Below are positions 18,365-28,015 of a stretch of 64,000 bases of DNA, piece by piece. The stretch is from an uncultured Bacilli bacterium. Its GTDB lineage: Bacteria > Bacillota_I > Bacilli_A > RF39 > UBA660. A program made the position numbers and the translations under genes. Location: positions 78,848 through 142,847 of the forward strand of contig CAKOOJ010000003.1 of NCBI GenBank assembly GCA_934098385.1. The letters are read 5' to 3'. Under the pieces are notes generated by a model. It saw only the letters and a list, made by a program, of their open reading frames with translations, had not been told where the DNA came from and ran no database searches. Numbering within the stretch: the stretch's first letter is position 1; each line of letters begins with the position of its first letter.

Positions 18365-20167
18365 TTATATATTTGTCAATGTTATTTTTGTAATAAATTT
18401 ATTAGATTTTGTTTTTATTCTTATACTTTTCATTTTTTTCTCTGTATTATATTTTGGGGAATATTTATTATCTATTTTATTAATGGTATAAGGTTCGTTT
18501 GAAATATAATTTATTTTGACATATTTATTATCATCTAAAATATTAAAATTAATTATTTTATTACATTCTTTATTAAATTCGTCTATTATTATAAGTTTAT
18601 TTTTTTTATTAAATATAAATGTTCTAGTATGTATTATTTTCTTATAACCATTATGAGACACTTTTAATATTATTTCATCTTTTTTATTTTTATATTCTAA
18701 TATCTTGCATTTATAACTTTTTCCCCATAAAAATGGTCCCAATATTTTTGCTTGATCTTTATTATTTATTTCTACTGTATTATGGTTAATTGTTTTTCTA
18801 TAGTAATTTCTAGCCTCTATGTTATTATGATATACATATGTTCCCGGATCAATAAATATTATTTTATTATTTATTGATAATATAAAACTTAATGCATCTG
18901 CGTGACCATGAGCTTTTATACTTTTATAACCCAAATTACCATGATCTATTGCTATTTTTACTTTATTATCCATACTATTTAATATAGTAACTCCAGATTT
19001 ATAACAAATATTATTATATTCTTTTATGTTATTTTTTTTATTATTTATTTGTTTTTCTTTGTATAACCAGTTTATATTTTCATTATTACAATTTTTTATA
19101 TATTGTTTATTTAAAATTATACTATATAGTGATAATACGTATTCTAAATAATTAACATTACCATTTATATCTAATATTTTACCTTCATCATTGTCTCCAA
19201 AAATTATAATATTATCCCCTATTTTTAAATTATAAATGTAACCAATCATTTTTTTTAATAAAGTATACCAATTACTTGGTATATAAATATTATTATTTTT
19301 AAGTAATCTTATACTTAGTCCCATAGCTTCTAAATAAAATAATTGATAATGAGTAGACATTTCTTTATTAATTCCATCTTTGTAATTTTGTTTATATAAT
19401 TCTTTATTCAATATTTTATAACCTTTGTTTAACCATTTTTTGTAATTAAATAATATACCACTCTGTAATAAAATATAACTTTCTATAATTAAATGATTAT
19501 TTGCAGAGGAATATTTGGAATAATGTTTATAAATATAGTCTGTCATATTTATTATACTTATTTTTATTTTATTAAGTATTTCTTTATTTATATCAGTTTT
19601 ATATAAAAATGCATAAGCATATGTCCAACTGTTACATCTAATAGCTATTTCCATGATGCTTGTCCAACTTATTCCATGCAAAAAAAGATTATTTTCATTA
19701 TAATTATTAAATAAATATATAAATTCTTTTAAATATTTTTTATTTTTTGTTATAAAGTAATTTTTTGATAATATAATAAATTGATAATGTCTATTTAATT
19801 CCCAATTAATTCTTGCATCACCATATAATATATTGTTTTTATAATTTAAATTATAAGATAATGTATCTGGATATATATTATTTTTATTAAAACAGTAATT
19901 CCAACTAGTTTTATATTTATTATATTTATAATTCCCTAATAATTTTACATTTGTATTAAGTGTATAATTTTTATTATTATAATTTATATTTAATTTATTA
20001 ATATTTATATTAATTTTTCTTAATTTTCCACTTAAAACTTTATCATATATTTTTATGTTTTTATATTTTTTAGATTCATAAATATATTTTATTTTTTGTT
20101 TAATTCTCCAGATTATTTCTAATAAATTCATGGTTTTTAATCTATAAATATACCATTTCATTACCAA
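18365..20167 (-). CDS. Heparinase II/III-like (polysaccharide lyase / uronyl C5-epimerase-like fold) protein, no signal peptide
   Basis: NHLIIESY and the C-terminal AHGHADALSF resemble the heparinase II/III-like domain. I see no N-terminal TM helix or signal peptide. Confidence 0.6.
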   Translation of the reverse strand: MVMKWYIYRLKTMNLLEIIWRIKQKIKYIYESKKYKNIKIYDKVLSGKLRKINININKLNINYNNKNYTLNTNVKLLGNYKYNKYKTSWNYCFNKNNIYPDTLSYNLNYKNNILYGDARINWELNRHYQFIILSKNYFITKNKKYLKEFIYLFNNYNENNLFLHGISWTSIMEIAIRCNSWTYAYAFLYKTDINKEILNKIKISIINMTDYIYKHYSKYSSANNHLIIESYILLQSGILFNYKKWLNKGYKILNKELYKQNYKDGINKEMSTHYQLFYLEAMGLSIRLLKNNNIYIPSNWYTLLKKMIGYIYNLKIGDNIIIFGDNDEGKILDINGNVNYLEYVLSLYSIILNKQYIKNCNNENINWLYKEKQINNKKNNIKEYNNICYKSGVTILNSMDNKVKIAIDHGNLGYKSIKAHGHADALSFILSINNKIIFIDPGTYVYHNNIEARNYYRKTINHNTVEINNKDQAKILGPFLWGKSYKCKILEYKNKKDEIILKVSHNGYKKIIHTRTFIFNKKNKLIIIDEFNKECNKIINFNILDDNKYVKINYISNEPYTINKIDNKYSPKYNTEKKMKSIRIKTKSNKFITKITLTNI

Positions 20168-21465
20168 CTAATTCCTTCATATATGCCATCATATTCTTTG
20201 TCGATTTGATTTACTAGATCAATTATTATTTTATTATTATATTTTGTTAATATTTTATTATAATCTTTATCTTTATTGGTAATTATTATAATATCACTAT
20301 CATTAATACTATTTAAATTATTTGTTAATAAATTATACAAATAATTATATTCTTTTTTGTTATTTATATTATTCGTTACAGATTTATATACTAATTTGTC
20401 ATATATTTTAATATTATATTTTTCTTTTATTAATTTGTTTATAACTTCTATTATAGGGCTGTATCTTAAATCATCTGTACCACTTTTAAAACTTAATCCT
20501 AATATTATTATATTTTTTTTATTATATTTTTTTATTATATTAATTGCATTTTTTATTTGTATATTGTTTGATTTATCTATATTATCTATTATTGGTGTTT
20601 TTAATCCGTTTTCTTTAGATATTGTTTTTAATGCTCTTAAATCCTTTGGTAAACATGATCCTCCATAAGCAAATCCAGGTTTAAAATAATATGGAGAAAT
20701 ATTTAATATTTTATCTTTACAAAATATTTCCATAACTTTATGACTATCTAAATTTAAACTTTTACATATATTACCAACTTCGTTTGCAAAAACTATTTTT
20801 AATGCATGATAAGAATTATTTATGTATTTTATTATTTCAGTTTCTTCTATGTTAGTAAATATAATTTCTCCATTAACGTTTTCATATAATTTTTTTAAAA
20901 GATTTTCTATTTTTTTATTATCAGTTCCTATAAGAGTATATGGTGGATTTAGAAAATCATTAACTGCACTACCTTCTCTTAAAAACTCTGGATTATTAAC
21001 AACACAGAAATCTACATTATGTTTTTTTAATGAATATTTTTCAATTATATTTATTACTTTAAGTACTGTACCTGGTTTAGTAGTACTTCTTATAGCTATT
21101 GTGTGAAATTCTTGTTTATCTTTTAATACTTTTCCAACTTCTTTTGCAATATCATATATTTGACTCAAATCTAATTCATTATTTTCATTTAAAGGTGTTC
21201 CTACTGTAATTATTGTTAAATTACTATTATTTAATGCATATTGTATATCACAAGTTGCAGATATTAAATTATTTTTATATGATTCTTCTATTAATTTATC
21301 TACATCTTTTTCTATAATTGTAGCAATACCTTTATTTATTAAATTTACTTTATTAATATCTTTATCTACACCTATTATTTTATAACCAAAATTTGATAAA
21401 CATGCCATATTAACGCATCCAACATATCCTAATCCTATTATACTTATATTTTTAATTTTTTTCAT
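20161..21465 (-). CDS. Nucleotide-sugar 6-dehydrogenase, AlgD-like (probable GDP-mannose 6-dehydrogenase)
   Basis: ISIIGLGYVGCVNMACLSNFGYKIIGVDKDINKVNLINKG closely parallels the AlgD N-terminus (GLGYVG..CLS..G..VIGVD...K..LIN.G). The catalytic Cys context is GGSCLPKD. It overlaps the mannose-1-P guanylyltransferase gene. Confidence 0.75.
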   Translation of the reverse strand: MKKIKNISIIGLGYVGCVNMACLSNFGYKIIGVDKDINKVNLINKGIATIIEKDVDKLIEESYKNNLISATCDIQYALNNSNLTIITVGTPLNENNELDLSQIYDIAKEVGKVLKDKQEFHTIAIRSTTKPGTVLKVINIIEKYSLKKHNVDFCVVNNPEFLREGSAVNDFLNPPYTLIGTDNKKIENLLKKLYENVNGEIIFTNIEETEIIKYINNSYHALKIVFANEVGNICKSLNLDSHKVMEIFCKDKILNISPYYFKPGFAYGGSCLPKDLRALKTISKENGLKTPIIDNIDKSNNIQIKNAINIIKKYNKKNIIILGLSFKSGTDDLRYSPIIEVINKLIKEKYNIKIYDKLVYKSVTNNINNKKEYNYLYNLLTNNLNSINDSDIIIITNKDKDYNKILTKYNNKIIIDLVNQIDKEYDGIYEGISW

Positions 21466-22498
21466 ATTTTATCTCACTTCTATCACTGTCTTTTAATTTT
21501 AATACTATTTCTTTAATATCTTCCGTATTTTTTTTATTGCATACTAATAGTACATCATTAGTTTCTACAATTATTATATCTTTAATTCCTACAGTTGCAA
21601 TAAGTTTATTACTCGAATTAATTAAACAATTTTTTGTATTAATTGATATTACATCTCCACTTACTATATTATTATTTTTATCTACTTCTTTAATATCAAA
21701 AAATGAATTAAATGATCCAACATCATTCCATATAAAATCACCTTTAATTACATCAAGTTCATTTTTTATGGAACATGGTTCAAGTACGCTATAATCAAAT
21801 GATATATTCTCAATATTTTTATATATATTTTTATTATTTGTATCAATATATTTTGTTATATCTTCATAAATATTTTTTTTGTATTTTTTTATTTTTTTTA
21901 GAATATCATTTATATCACCTATTATTATTCCACTATTCCATAAGTAATTATTTTCTATATATTTTTTTGCAATTTTTAAATTTGGCTTTTCTACAAATTT
22001 AATAACTTTATTAATATTTTTATTATTTTTTCTGTATTTTATATATCCATAACTAGTACTTGGATGCGTAGGTTTTATACCTAAAATTAATAATTTATTA
22101 TTTTTAATATTATTAAATGCATAGTTAATGCATATATTATATTCTTTAATATCTCCTACAAATGAATCTGAGGGTGTTATTATTATATTACCTTTTTTAT
22201 TAATTTTTTTTAGTGCATATGTGATACATGCAGTGGTATTACGCACAAATGGTTCTTTAATTATATTTTGTTTTGGGATTAATTTTTTTGTCACTTCTAA
22301 TGTTTGGTTGTAGTATTCTTCAGTAGTAATTATGTATATATTTTGTTTTTTTATTTTATAAGACAATCTATTTATTGTTTCATTTAATAATATGCCTTTT
22401 CCTGTTATATTTAGAAATTGTTTAGGTTTGTCCCTTCTTGATAGTGGCCATAATCTTGTTCCACTACCTCCTGCCATTATAAGTGCATATTCTTGCAT
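21452..22498 (-). CDS. Mannose-1-phosphate guanylyltransferase
   Basis: Likely start is MQEYALIMAGGSGTRLWPLSR (ATG 22498), which is the canonical nucleotidyltransferase N-terminus of ManC/CpsB-type enzymes. No C-terminal isomerase (cupin) domain is present. Confidence 0.85.
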   Translation of the reverse strand: MQEYALIMAGGSGTRLWPLSRRDKPKQFLNITGKGILLNETINRLSYKIKKQNIYIITTEEYYNQTLEVTKKLIPKQNIIKEPFVRNTTACITYALKKINKKGNIIITPSDSFVGDIKEYNICINYAFNNIKNNKLLILGIKPTHPSTSYGYIKYRKNNKNINKVIKFVEKPNLKIAKKYIENNYLWNSGIIIGDINDILKKIKKYKKNIYEDITKYIDTNNKNIYKNIENISFDYSVLEPCSIKNELDVIKGDFIWNDVGSFNSFFDIKEVDKNNNIVSGDVISINTKNCLINSSNKLIATVGIKDIIIVETNDVLLVCNKKNTEDIKEIVLKLKDSDRSEIKYEKN

Positions 22499-22607
22499 AT
22501 AATCACCTTCTTTATAATTTTTATAATAACATATCATTTTTTTGTTGTAAATTGATTTTAACTACTTTATTTATAGCTATATAAAAAATTAAATTAGCTG
22601 TGAATAA

Positions 22608-23984
22608 CTAATTTAATTTTTTATTAATGATTTTTTTATTTATAATTAAATATATTGAATTTAATAATATGTATATAATTATACCTAATATCACTTTAAT
22701 TATTATATTATTTATCATAACTAATATTAATAGCATTATAATTCCATTTAATATATAACATAATATATTAAAATATATTTTTTTTACATTTATTTTGAGA
22801 TTTATAGTTTGATATATAGCAACAATAATTTCAGATATTACAGTTGCTATTGCAGCTCCTATACTACTATATTTAACTATTAAAAATAAGTTTAAAGATA
22901 AATTAATAATTGCACCATACAAAACAGATTTTAAATATATTTTATCTTTTTCTTTAGGTATAAAATATAACCATCTTAAACTATTTGACCAAGATATAAT
23001 GGGAATAGTTACACAAAGTATATTTGATAATAATATAGTATTGATATATTCTTTTCCAAAAAATATCGGTACAAATTGTTTTATTATTGAAAACATACCA
23101 AACATTATCCCTATACTTAACATCATAACAAAATTAATTGTTTTATTAAATAATTGTTTATATGATTCTTTCTTATTAACAATATATGTTATTCGAGGAT
23201 GAATTATTGTGAGAATTGATGTAATTATTCCTAAAGTTATAACAACTAATTTAGTTGCACATTCATAAAACCCTACATCTTGTTTAGTTTTTATTATACC
23301 TAACATAATTTTATCCATTTGTTGATATATACTTGAGGCTATAATTGGTATGAATAAAACTATACATTTTTTTATATTATTTTGTATTAGTTTTTTATTT
23401 AAAGTTTTTATTTTAAATTTATTTATAATTAATAAATATAATATAAAATTACAAACTATATCTTGAGAACATTTAAATAATATAAATACATTTAAATCTT
23501 TTTCTTGCTTTACAAAAATAAATATTAATATTAATGTTGCTAATCTATTTAATGTATTTAAAATTATTGGAGTTTTAAATTTTTCTCTCCCATAATAATA
23601 CCAATTAATATCAAATATACAATTAATAATATTAATTAAAAATATTGTGGATGTTATTTTATACTTTGAAATAATAATTATTATTAAATATAATAGACAC
23701 ATTACTAAAGATAATATTAATTGTATTACATAGATATTTGAAAATATTTTATTTATATTTTTATTATTTCTATTTTTAGATATTATTCTATTACCGTAAA
23801 TATTTATTCCAAACATACCTATGTATGTGAAATATAAAACTATTGAGGAATAGTATGAATATATACCTATACCTGTAGGTTTTAAAATTCTTGTTGCATA
23901 TGGTGTTATAATTAATGGAAATACAAGTATTAAAAATTGATGAATTAATTTATATATAAGGTTAATTTTAATATCTTTTTTCAT
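22608..23984 (-). CDS. Wzx-type oligosaccharide flippase (MOP superfamily)
   Basis: It has about 12-14 TM helices and lies in the locus next to the polymerase. Confidence 0.7.
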   Translation of the reverse strand: MKKDIKINLIYKLIHQFLILVFPLIITPYATRILKPTGIGIYSYYSSIVLYFTYIGMFGINIYGNRIISKNRNNKNINKIFSNIYVIQLILSLVMCLLYLIIIIISKYKITSTIFLINIINCIFDINWYYYGREKFKTPIILNTLNRLATLILIFIFVKQEKDLNVFILFKCSQDIVCNFILYLLIINKFKIKTLNKKLIQNNIKKCIVLFIPIIASSIYQQMDKIMLGIIKTKQDVGFYECATKLVVITLGIITSILTIIHPRITYIVNKKESYKQLFNKTINFVMMLSIGIMFGMFSIIKQFVPIFFGKEYINTILLSNILCVTIPIISWSNSLRWLYFIPKEKDKIYLKSVLYGAIINLSLNLFLIVKYSSIGAAIATVISEIIVAIYQTINLKINVKKIYFNILCYILNGIIMLLILVMINNIIIKVILGIIIYILLNSIYLIINKKIINKKLN

Positions 23985-25176
23985 AACATTTCTTCCCTAG
24001 TATGTTTTCGCAATATATTATTGTTAAATATAATTGTAATGTTTCATTATTATAAGAAACCATAAATAAATCTGTAACTATTATACATATAAATATTATA
24101 AATATTTGAATGTCTATTGGATTTTTATTTTTTATTCTTTTTAAAACCGAAACAAATATATTAAAATGGAGTGAGTAATATAAGATTGTTCCAATTATTC
24201 CTAGGTCCGCAAGTAATTCTAAAAATGTGTTTTCAGCCCATACAAATTCAGTAGAATTTACATATTGATATCCTCCAAGTCCTATTCCTATTATCGGATG
24301 CGATAGAAAAACATTCCAAGAATCTTTTAAAAAGTTCATTCTTGATACTGTTGATGGATCTACTGTTACTTTTAAATTATCAAAAAAATAACTTAACATT
24401 TGTAACATTCTAATACCTATTATATTATATAAAATGTTTACTTTTAGAATTAATATGAATAATAATATAATAAATATTAATCCTAAAAATATATTTTTCA
24501 TAATATCTTTCCTATTTTTTATTTTAAAAAGTAGAAGTAATGGTATAGAAATTGCTAAATATATTATCTGTTTTTTTGATCCTGAAAAAAATGAAAATAA
24601 AGTGAATAGTGTTAATAGAAAAATTTTTACTCTTTTATTTTTGATAAAATTTGATGTTATAATAAATATCCCGACTATCCCTAATACGTGCGTGATTCCA
24701 GTATTACCATATGTATGATCTTGACTATGTGCTAGGTAATTACCTACTCTTTTTTTCCCCCATGCTTCAATCGGTACGTTTATCAACAATCTTATACATA
24801 AAATAATACTAGCAATTATCATATAATATATTGTTTTTTTTAAATTATTTTTATCTCTAATGTATAATATAATTGTTAAACATATTGTTAATCTATAAAG
24901 TAATCTAAACACTAATGGATTTATTATATCTTTATTTAATGCCCATATTGTACTTAGTAAACCAAAAAGAATTAATGCTATTTTATTTATTAGAAAAGGA
25001 ATAATATTTTTTGATAACTTATTTTTTTTATAAGTTGATATTACTTCGTAAATAAATGAAATAATGGTCATAATATATATCATTATTGGATAATCTTTAA
25101 ATCCTAGTATTGTTACTATTAATAGTAATATTATTATATCTTCTAAATTTGTTATATATTTTCTGTATGTATTCAT
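23968..25176 (-). CDS. Wzy-type polymerase / O-antigen ligase-like membrane protein
   Basis: It is a polytopic membrane protein with a larger loop (AHSQDHTYGNTGITH). It sits between the priming transferase and Wzx. Confidence 0.6.
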   Translation of the reverse strand: MNTYRKYITNLEDIIILLLIVTILGFKDYPIMIYIMTIISFIYEVISTYKKNKLSKNIIPFLINKIALILFGLLSTIWALNKDIINPLVFRLLYRLTICLTIILYIRDKNNLKKTIYYMIIASIILCIRLLINVPIEAWGKKRVGNYLAHSQDHTYGNTGITHVLGIVGIFIITSNFIKNKRVKIFLLTLFTLFSFFSGSKKQIIYLAISIPLLLLFKIKNRKDIMKNIFLGLIFIILLFILILKVNILYNIIGIRMLQMLSYFFDNLKVTVDPSTVSRMNFLKDSWNVFLSHPIIGIGLGGYQYVNSTEFVWAENTFLELLADLGIIGTILYYSLHFNIFVSVLKRIKNKNPIDIQIFIIFICIIVTDLFMVSYNNETLQLYLTIIYCENILGKKCYEKRY

Positions 25177-25178
25177 TT

Positions 25179-26882
25179 TTACCTCATATATAATTTTAAT
25201 AATTCTTTTATTGTGGTCTCAATATTAAATTCTTTTAAAACTTTATTATATCCGTTATTCGAATATTTTTTTCTTAATTCTTTAGTATTTATTAATTCTA
25301 CTATCTCATCATATAATTTTTTTGTATCTCCGGGATTAATTAGAATACCATCTTTTTTTGAGGTTATTATTTCTTTTATACCATTTATATTTGTTGAGAT
25401 TGTTACACATTTATATCCCATAGCTTCTAAAACTGATAATGGTTGTCCTTCATTATAGGAAGGTAAAATATAATATGTACATTTTTTTAAATATTTTATT
25501 TTTTGTTTTTCATTCAACCATCCTAAATATGTAATATTATTTTCGAGATTATTTGACTTTATCAAATCTAGAAGTTTTTTTACTTCTCCATTTCCTCCTA
25601 TGTATAAATGAATATCTTTATATTTCTTTTTAAGTTTTTTTATAACTTCTATCAAATCGTATAATCCTTTTCTTTTTCCTATTATACCTAGAAATAAAAT
25701 ATTCTTATTATTTATATTTTTATTAAAATTACTGGGAACTTGAATTGAATTTTTTATAACGACTATTTTTTTCTTATCTGTAATATTGCTTAAAAATATT
25801 TTCCATTCTTCAGTAAGTGCAATTATTGTATTTGCTTTGTTAAACATTTTTTTTATATATTTTTTTTGAAAATCATTGCATTCTTCTTTATAAAAAATAT
25901 CAAATTCACTACCATGCATATGTAAAATAATTTTTTTATTAATTAGTTTTGATATATTTATGTAAATACTTTTTCTCCACGTGCTATACCTCGACGACAT
26001 ATGAATATGTACAATGTCATAGTTTTTTACATTAAATATAAATTGAAAAAAGCCTTTTATCATTTTTAATATTTTACTTAATTTATTTCCATCATTTACA
26101 GTTTCTATATATTTTAAATTTATTTTTTTGTCTAACCCAGCTTTATAATAACTATTTACTACAGTAGTTATTCCACCTTTAGTTTTTCTAGAAGTCCCTA
26201 TCATTAGTACATTAATTCTTTTATCATGATTTGGATTTCTATCTTTAAGTATTACGATAAATGTTTTAAGAAATATTTCTATATCAATTAATAAGTTACA
26301 CTCTTTTGAATATTTTTGTTCAATTTTTAATCTGTCATTAAAAGTTATATTATTGCGCCCAAAGGTTTGCCATAGTCCTGTAATACCAGGCTTTGTACTA
26401 ATTATGTCATGTATATAGTTCTTCATGTATTTTTTTTCACTAATTAAGTATGGTCTATTTCCTATTACAGACATTTCTCCTTTAATAACATTTATAAATT
26501 GGGGAAATTCGTCTATTGAAAAATTTCTTATAATTCGTCCTACTTTCGTCAATCTTGGATCATTTTGAAGTTTTTTGTATTTTTTATATTCATTATACAT
26601 TTTATGATTATTCGATAACACTTTTTCTAACTCTTCATCAGCATTATCTACCATTGTTTTAAACTTGTACATTTTAAATACTTTATTGTTTTTTCCAATT
26701 CTTTTTTGTGTATAAAAAATATTTCCTTTATCTTTATATATTAAGTGTAATATATAAACGTATAAAGTAATTGGTACTAATAATATACAACCAGTAATAC
26801 CAAATATTATATCAAATATTCTTTTTATAAAGTTATAAAGATATCTTTTTTTCAAAAACATCACCATCTTAATTTGTTTCAT
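25179..26882 (-). CDS. Fusion protein: polyprenyl-phosphate sugar-phosphate transferase (WbaP/EpsL-type) plus GT4 glycosyltransferase
   Basis: The N-terminal half has the bacterial sugar transferase signature: FIKRIFDIIFG..YTQKRIGKNNKVFKMYKFKTM..DEFPQFINVIKGEMSVIGNRP. The C-terminal half is GT4-like (INVLMIGTS..GGITTVV ... NEGQPLSVLEAMGY). Confidence 0.8.
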   Translation of the reverse strand: MKQIKMVMFLKKRYLYNFIKRIFDIIFGITGCILLVPITLYVYILHLIYKDKGNIFYTQKRIGKNNKVFKMYKFKTMVDNADEELEKVLSNNHKMYNEYKKYKKLQNDPRLTKVGRIIRNFSIDEFPQFINVIKGEMSVIGNRPYLISEKKYMKNYIHDIISTKPGITGLWQTFGRNNITFNDRLKIEQKYSKECNLLIDIEIFLKTFIVILKDRNPNHDKRINVLMIGTSRKTKGGITTVVNSYYKAGLDKKINLKYIETVNDGNKLSKILKMIKGFFQFIFNVKNYDIVHIHMSSRYSTWRKSIYINISKLINKKIILHMHGSEFDIFYKEECNDFQKKYIKKMFNKANTIIALTEEWKIFLSNITDKKKIVVIKNSIQVPSNFNKNINNKNILFLGIIGKRKGLYDLIEVIKKLKKKYKDIHLYIGGNGEVKKLLDLIKSNNLENNITYLGWLNEKQKIKYLKKCTYYILPSYNEGQPLSVLEAMGYKCVTISTNINGIKEIITSKKDGILINPGDTKKLYDEIVELINTKELRKKYSNNGYNKVLKEFNIETTIKELLKLYMR

Positions 26883-27969
26883 CTACAATTATATTATAAT
26901 GTGCATTATGTATATTTAACAATTCTATACTTTTTTTCAATTCATCACTTTTGCTTAAATTTATTTTAACAAATAAATATGTTTTATCTATAATATCTTT
27001 TATTTCAAAAGGCATACTTGATGTTAATATTGGTTCATTAATTATAATTATTTTATTGTATGTCTTTCTATATTTTTTTAATATTTTAGAAATATTATTT
27101 TTATCTTTATCTATATATATAATATTATTATTTGTTTTATAATCATTTAGAGTTTCATTATATTTAAAATGTATAAATAAACATTTATTATTTACATTAT
27201 TTTCTAAAATGTTAATAATTTTATTTATATTCTCATTATTTATTGCAGATATGCTAATTATTTCATTATCATCTATACTATTTAAAATTTTTAAACTTTT
27301 ATTTAAATCATTATCTACATATCCTATTATTTTATTTTTGCAAATATTTTTTATTTCTTGTTCAGTTCTTAGAGTTTTATCTAAATAATATAATAAAAGT
27401 ATAATACATAAACTTAGTCCAAAGGTAAATATTGTTGTTATTATCAAAACTTTTTTTATATTTAAATTAATTGTACTTTCAACATTACTAGCATTATCTA
27501 TAATTAAAATAGTTGTATTGTTGTTTTTTAAAATATTATCTATGTTCGTTATATATTTATCTATCAATGTATTTAATATTTTTTTTAAATCTTCATTTTT
27601 ATTACTTTTTATAGTTATAGAGATTAATCCTTTATCTTTAGAGTTAGTGACATTTATATTATTATAAATTTCTTTGTAGTTCGTTTTCAATTTTAATTCT
27701 TTTATTGTATCTTCTATATTAGTTCTAGATTTTATAATTTCAGAATATGTTTGTATTAAATCTCTATTAACATTTAAATTTTTATTCTCATTTTTACTAC
27801 CATTAGAATCTGTTAAAACAAGGATTTTTGCTTCGGAAGAATATATTATTCTTTTAGAATATTTATAATATATTCCTCCAAATAATAATCCTATGATTAA
27901 GCTAATAATTATAAATAATTTTCTTTTATAAATATATTTTAATAAATTTGTGATATCGATATTTTCCAT
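26869..27969 (-). CDS. Wzz/CpsC-type chain-length regulator fused to a degenerate BY-kinase-like domain
   Basis: The N-terminal Wzz region has two TM helices. The C-terminal 160 aa aligns by eye with the CpsD layout. IISISAINNENINK replaces Walker A GxxGxGKS, YNKIIIINEPIL stands for Walker B-like YDxVIIDTPP, and LFVKINLSKSDEL follows. It lacks the P-loop Lys and a Tyr cluster. Confidence 0.6.
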   Translation of the reverse strand: MENIDITNLLKYIYKRKLFIIISLIIGLLFGGIYYKYSKRIIYSSEAKILVLTDSNGSKNENKNLNVNRDLIQTYSEIIKSRTNIEDTIKELKLKTNYKEIYNNINVTNSKDKGLISITIKSNKNEDLKKILNTLIDKYITNIDNILKNNNTTILIIDNASNVESTINLNIKKVLIITTIFTFGLSLCIILLLYYLDKTLRTEQEIKNICKNKIIGYVDNDLNKSLKILNSIDDNEIISISAINNENINKIINILENNVNNKCLFIHFKYNETLNDYKTNNNIIYIDKDKNNISKILKKYRKTYNKIIIINEPILTSSMPFEIKDIIDKTYLFVKINLSKSDELKKSIELLNIHNAHYNIIVDETN

Positions 27970-28015
27970 AAACCCTCCGTTTTTATAATAACATTTTAAT
28001 ATATATTAGTAAATG

